Source: Hyalangium gracile (GTDB taxonomy: Bacteria > Myxococcota > Myxococcia > Myxococcales > Myxococcaceae). Taken from it: a stretch of DNA of 64,000 nt. The notes beneath the pieces were generated by a model that saw only the letters and a program-made list of their open reading frames with translations, ran no database searches and was not told the DNA's origin. Shown in pieces: positions 60,252 through 64,000 of this stretch. The stretch lies in assembly GCF_020103725.1 (NCBI RefSeq), contig NZ_JAHXBG010000030.1:36337-100336 (forward strand). Direction: 5' to 3'. The position numbers were made by a program, and so were the translations under genes. Each line of letters starts with the position of its first letter. Position 1 is the first letter of the stretch.

Positions 60252-60600
60252 GTGAGTCGGGCAGCATCCACCTGGAGCCCTCGGACGTCGAGCACTTCTA
60301 GCAAGGCTGCTCGCTCGCCCTGTTAGGGGCGTGTCGGGGTATTGCCTGAGATTGGCTCCTACATACGATCCATAGCGGTATGCAAAGATCGCACCACTCA
60401 TCCTATAGTGGGTTGTTGGGATTCCCTGACAGACTCCTAGACGAAAGTGGCGCTGGTGGACAGGTGGGAACTATGGACAACTCGGAAGGGTGCCGTGGAA
60501 AGCCACTGAATTCGATGGGGTGGGTACGGACATGCGATCTTCTCCACCAAATCGCTCGGTGATTCCCGGCCGGGTGGCAGTAAGCGAGACGAGGGGGACC

Positions 60601-63600
60601 ATGAGCGAAGTGGAGATGAATCGATGGGCACAGTCGCTGAACGCATACAACGGCTGGGAACTCCTGTCGGGAACTGCCGGGCTCCAGTTGATGCGGGAGA
60701 ACGTGGATCGTGTGCTCAGGTTGGAGGCTGCGGCAGCTCTCGTGGCCTCGATGCCGCCTAAGCGGGACGGCGCTCGGATGACGCCACATCGCTGGGGTAC
60801 GTGGCTGAACGATTCTAAACTAGTAGCAGCAGTGGCGCCCAGCGAAGATCCGTTCGCCTACCCGCTCGTCGAGGAGATCGTGTTCTACGGAGGCTCATTC
60901 AGGGTATTTCCTGGCTCCTTTGACGAATCGGCCTACATCATTCGAAACCTGTTGAAGGCGATGTTTCTCGCGCGAGATTTTCCCGATATCGCTTTCGCTG
61001 ATTCGATGCGCCAGATCTGTGGCGCCGTGCTTCGAATCAGTGATTGCGTCGCCAAACGAGCGGGAGTGACCCGGGGGACCTTCGCGTCGCATGAGGGGAC
61101 GGGTGTGACGATTCCGCCATCAGCCCGGTTCGAGGAACTCAGGCGTGCCGTGGCCTTCACGCAGGAGGATTTGAGCCAGCTTCTGTCCGACATTGAGGAC
61201 GGCGTTTCCATCCTGGTGCCTCTGATGGCCAAGTGGGGAGAAATCCGGTTTGACTCCGTTGATCCATCCTTAAATCCTCTGCTTCCACAGCCGCTTGTGG
61301 ACTGCGGCGACACGATCGTGGTCGCAGCGCCTCATGCCCTCTTGGCCGCGCTCCGGCATCACATCTTGTCAGAAGCGTCCAAGGCAGGATGCTCCGAAGA
61401 ACTCGCCAAGCGCTACCACCTTGCGATCCTCGATTCTGTCGATCACTCATTCGAGTTCATGAGCGCTCGGCCTGCCCCATTTCCGTTGAGTACAACGACT
61501 CAGGGAGGGCTCATCTCTTCGGATCGCCTCTTTCAATTCGATACCGATAAGATCTTGTCTGTCATGCTTGCAACCAATTCTTTAGCTGATTACGAGGGAC
61601 AACCCATCGTTGGCACATGGAACCCTGATTCGCTAGAGGATGTGGTGATGCAGCGGCTCCGTTGCGTGGAGTCGTCGGTGATGCAACAGAAGACACCACC
61701 CAACGAGATCCTTCATGTGATCGTGATTCACAGCGCTGGGCTCATGGCCAGTATGGGGCTTCGTTCTGGCGTGTCCTCTATCGAGGCTCCCATTCTCCTG
61801 ATGTCAGCGGCGGAACTGGAGATCATCGCCCAACTGGAGATGGGGCACCAACTTGCGCTGTATGATTTTGTGCGTGCACGTGAATGGACTCGGGGCAGAA
61901 CGAACATCTTCGTGTGGGGGGTGCTCGATGAGTTCGCAATGTATAGAAAGAACAAGTACAGTTATTACGCCTCTGACGAATGGCAGCCCCACATGCTTAG
62001 TGTACAGGCGGGGTTCGCGGAGGAACTTCGGCGCCAAGTCATAGAGAAACGTGACGTGCACGGTGTCCGTTTCCCTGGCACGTCCGGCTTCGGTGAGGTA
62101 ACCCTCTCCGCAGACGATCGCTCCATCCCGACATACGTCCCATTTCCGCTTAGGGAACGAGCGATGTTCTTAGTCGAAGGACTCCCGCTGCCCATCTGGG
62201 TGACTGGACCGGAGCAGACGGCGGACAAACGCTATCGCTCGCTTCAGTTCAACTTCGCGGACACGATCGCTTACTGGATCTGGCAATTTACTCCTGTGTT
62301 GGCGAAGATGCTTGAGCGCTGCGCGCCGGTCCAAGAAATCCAGATAGAGGTCGACCTTCAGCCCGGTGAGACTTGGTTCCGAGCGGACGAGGGGGTGCAG
62401 TCGCAATTGCCCAAGGATGAGATTACGTGCGAAGTCACCGGACCGACGCGGCTTACTCTCCGCTTGTACGCGGGACTTCTGACCCTGATGGCGGGCCCGG
62501 ACAATCGGGGCGAGCGCGACCTCATGATCTCCGTTCTGGCGGGAATCGCCAAGCTTCTGGCTAGGAATGGTGTCGAGGCGTCCGGTTTGGCGCGCGAGGA
62601 GTTGGCTCAAGTTATCGACGTCCATGCCCCCCTGGGGTTGAAGAAAAAGATGGTCATCGTACCGAAGAGGCTTGCCTTCGACCTAATGGCTGATGGCTTG
62701 CCTTCCTATCGGAAGCTACATCGGTCGCACGATGATGAACTACTGGATGGCATGGCGAACGTCGTAGCCAAGAAGTACAACCTCCGGGTTGGGCCGATTC
62801 CGGAATCAATCGTGTCGGCGGTGCTCCGAGATGCCGTGGCGTACTACTTCGATGCGCTGAAGAGGCTGATCTCCACACTTCAGCCAGTGCAGTTGCTGAA
62901 CTGGTTGGTCGCGCAAAACGAGAGCATCATTCGTGAATGGCGCGACAAGGATTTCTCTGCCGCCACGCGAATGGCCTGCTTTGCGACCCAAACGGCAATG
63001 GTTCAGCGCCTCGTGGAAGAGGTTCCGGAGTTGAACAGCACGTGGCTGCCTAGTCGGTTTCTTATCGAATTTGCGACAGCGTGTCCTCCCAAGGGGCTGC
63101 GGCCTATGAGCTTCAGCGTCTACGACCGGTTGATCTCGCTGGCGTCCATGGTCTTCAATTGGGGGTTTGCGAGCGACATGGTGTACTACAAACTCGGCGA
63201 CGTTCGGGTCGACATGCTTCGCTCCGGTCGATTGGGCATTGATTGGAGGACCTATGACAAGGCGCGAGATCAATTCCTCGGGAGCCACCTGCTAGGTCAA
63301 ATCGACGCGAGCATTCGCTCGTTCCCTGAGCGCTGGGAAGAGGTCGAGGAGCCATCTGGCGAGGGCGAAGCGCCCGCGCTCATTCGCAGGATCGATGACG
63401 CGGCTCTGAAGGAGTTCGGCTTCACCTTATCCGAACTTTTCGCATTTCTAGTCGAGGTCATGAACGTCGGTTTGGAGATGGAACATGAGCCGAAGCGCTG
63501 TGAACTCGGCTGGTTCATGTCACAAATGGCGGCGAGGCTGGGCTGGACGGTCGACAAGGTGCGGCTCGCCTTCGAACTGTTCGCGCTACCTCCACGGGAG

Positions 63601-64000
63601 GCCTTCCTGTCTCCGCCGGCTCCATTTAGCCGTGAGGATGTGTACCCCTGGCGATTCAACCGCGCGCTTTCGTATCTCCGCAAGCCGCTGCTTTTGTATC
63701 GTGAGCGCGACGTCGAGGAGGTGATCTGGGGCACCCGGGCCGTGACCGTCGCGGGAGAGTATCTTCAGCGGATCTGCGTGGATGGTCAGCTGCGCGCGCG
63801 CACGCCCGAGATGCGGCGCTGCAACGGACATTTGAACAACCGGTGGGGTCGCGGGTTCAATGACACGGTGACGAAGGTTCTGGCGGGCATGCCTGGATAC
63901 TTGGTTCGGCCCAGAGTCGCGAAGGTCGGCTCTCTCAAGTTTGCACGCGACAATGGAGAAGATCTGGGCGATATCGACGTGTTGGTGGCGATCCCGGACC
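60601..64000 (+). CDS. very large hypothetical protein (over 1130 aa; 3' end lies outside the window), possible C-terminal PD-(D/E)xK/NERD-like region
   Basis: ATG at 60601 preceded by GAGGGGG. No in-frame stop codon through position 64000 on manual translation. The last residues (GDIDVLVAIPD) resemble the start of a PD-(D/E)xK core. Absent from the ORF track because it is an open-ended ORF. Confidence 0.6.
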   Translation, partial: MSEVEMNRWAQSLNAYNGWELLSGTAGLQLMRENVDRVLRLEAAAALVASMPPKRDGARMTPHRWGTWLNDSKLVAAVAPSEDPFAYPLVEEIVFYGGSFRVFPGSFDESAYIIRNLLKAMFLARDFPDIAFADSMRQICGAVLRISDCVAKRAGVTRGTFASHEGTGVTIPPSARFEELRRAVAFTQEDLSQLLSDIEDGVSILVPLMAKWGEIRFDSVDPSLNPLLPQPLVDCGDTIVVAAPHALLAALRHHILSEASKAGCSEELAKRYHLAILDSVDHSFEFMSARPAPFPLSTTTQGGLISSDRLFQFDTDKILSVMLATNSLADYEGQPIVGTWNPDSLEDVVMQRLRCVESSVMQQKTPPNEILHVIVIHSAGLMASMGLRSGVSSIEAPILLMSAAELEIIAQLEMGHQLALYDFVRAREWTRGRTNIFVWGVLDEFAMYRKNKYSYYASDEWQPHMLSVQAGFAEELRRQVIEKRDVHGVRFPGTSGFGEVTLSADDRSIPTYVPFPLRERAMFLVEGLPLPIWVTGPEQTADKRYRSLQFNFADTIAYWIWQFTPVLAKMLERCAPVQEIQIEVDLQPGETWFRADEGVQSQLPKDEITCEVTGPTRLTLRLYAGLLTLMAGPDNRGERDLMISVLAGIAKLLARNGVEASGLAREELAQVIDVHAPLGLKKKMVIVPKRLAFDLMADGLPSYRKLHRSHDDELLDGMANVVAKKYNLRVGPIPESIVSAVLRDAVAYYFDALKRLISTLQPVQLLNWLVAQNESIIREWRDKDFSAATRMACFATQTAMVQRLVEEVPELNSTWLPSRFLIEFATACPPKGLRPMSFSVYDRLISLASMVFNWGFASDMVYYKLGDVRVDMLRSGRLGIDWRTYDKARDQFLGSHLLGQIDASIRSFPERWEEVEEPSGEGEAPALIRRIDDAALKEFGFTLSELFAFLVEVMNVGLEMEHEPKRCELGWFMSQMAARLGWTVDKVRLAFELFALPPREAFLSPPAPFSREDVYPWRFNRALSYLRKPLLLYRERDVEEVIWGTRAVTVAGEYLQRICVDGQLRARTPEMRRCNGHLNNRWGRGFNDTVTKVLAGMPGYLVRPRVAKVGSLKFARDNGEDLGDIDVLVAIPD

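Overview
This 64 kb window is high-GC DNA (about 70% by eye). Many eukaryotic-type Ser/Thr kinases, a PEGA-domain kinase, a Cys-rich repeat lipoprotein and Pro/Ala low-complexity linkers point to a myxobacterial (Myxococcota-like) chromosome; that assignment is an inference. Coding density is high on both strands. Because of the GC content, many of the long ORFs in the supplied track are antisense or out-of-frame artefacts. I called about 49 genes.

The most notable items are listed here.

- **Vault protein homolog.** There is a full-length bacterial homolog of the eukaryotic major vault protein (30903..33098). It lies directly downstream of a conserved cassette of three genes: a circularly permuted ATP-grasp, an alpha-E protein and a transglutaminase. 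The transglutaminase carries an extra N-terminal class-II glutamine-amidotransferase-like domain that lacks its Cys nucleophile. The N-terminus of the vault-like gene is only in frame with a good start codon if one base is removed from a C7 homopolymer.

- **Kinase and CheB operon.** A minus-strand operon encodes a membrane GAF histidine kinase, three tandem CheB-like response-regulator/methylesterase paralogs, and a Ser/Thr kinase. There is no MCP, CheR, CheA or CheW gene in the window. Two of the three paralogs carry substitutions at catalytic-triad positions.

- **Low-GC island.** A visibly lower-GC island runs from about 55.0 kb to the window end. It encodes a membrane TPR protein, a 650 aa protein with a C-terminal PD-(D/E)xK-like motif, and a protein of more than 1130 aa with no stop codon before the window edge, which the ORF track missed. 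This looks like a candidate novel, horizontally acquired (defence?) locus.

Other features include an ABC-F ATPase, SelA overlapping an HNH endonuclease, a MoxR/DUF58/transglutaminase operon, an RpoH-like sigma factor, a TetR/SDR divergon with palindromic operator candidates, an rplC gene outside any ribosomal operon, and a small lmo0937-like membrane ORF absent from the track. I did not recognise any rRNA, tRNA or CRISPR array.
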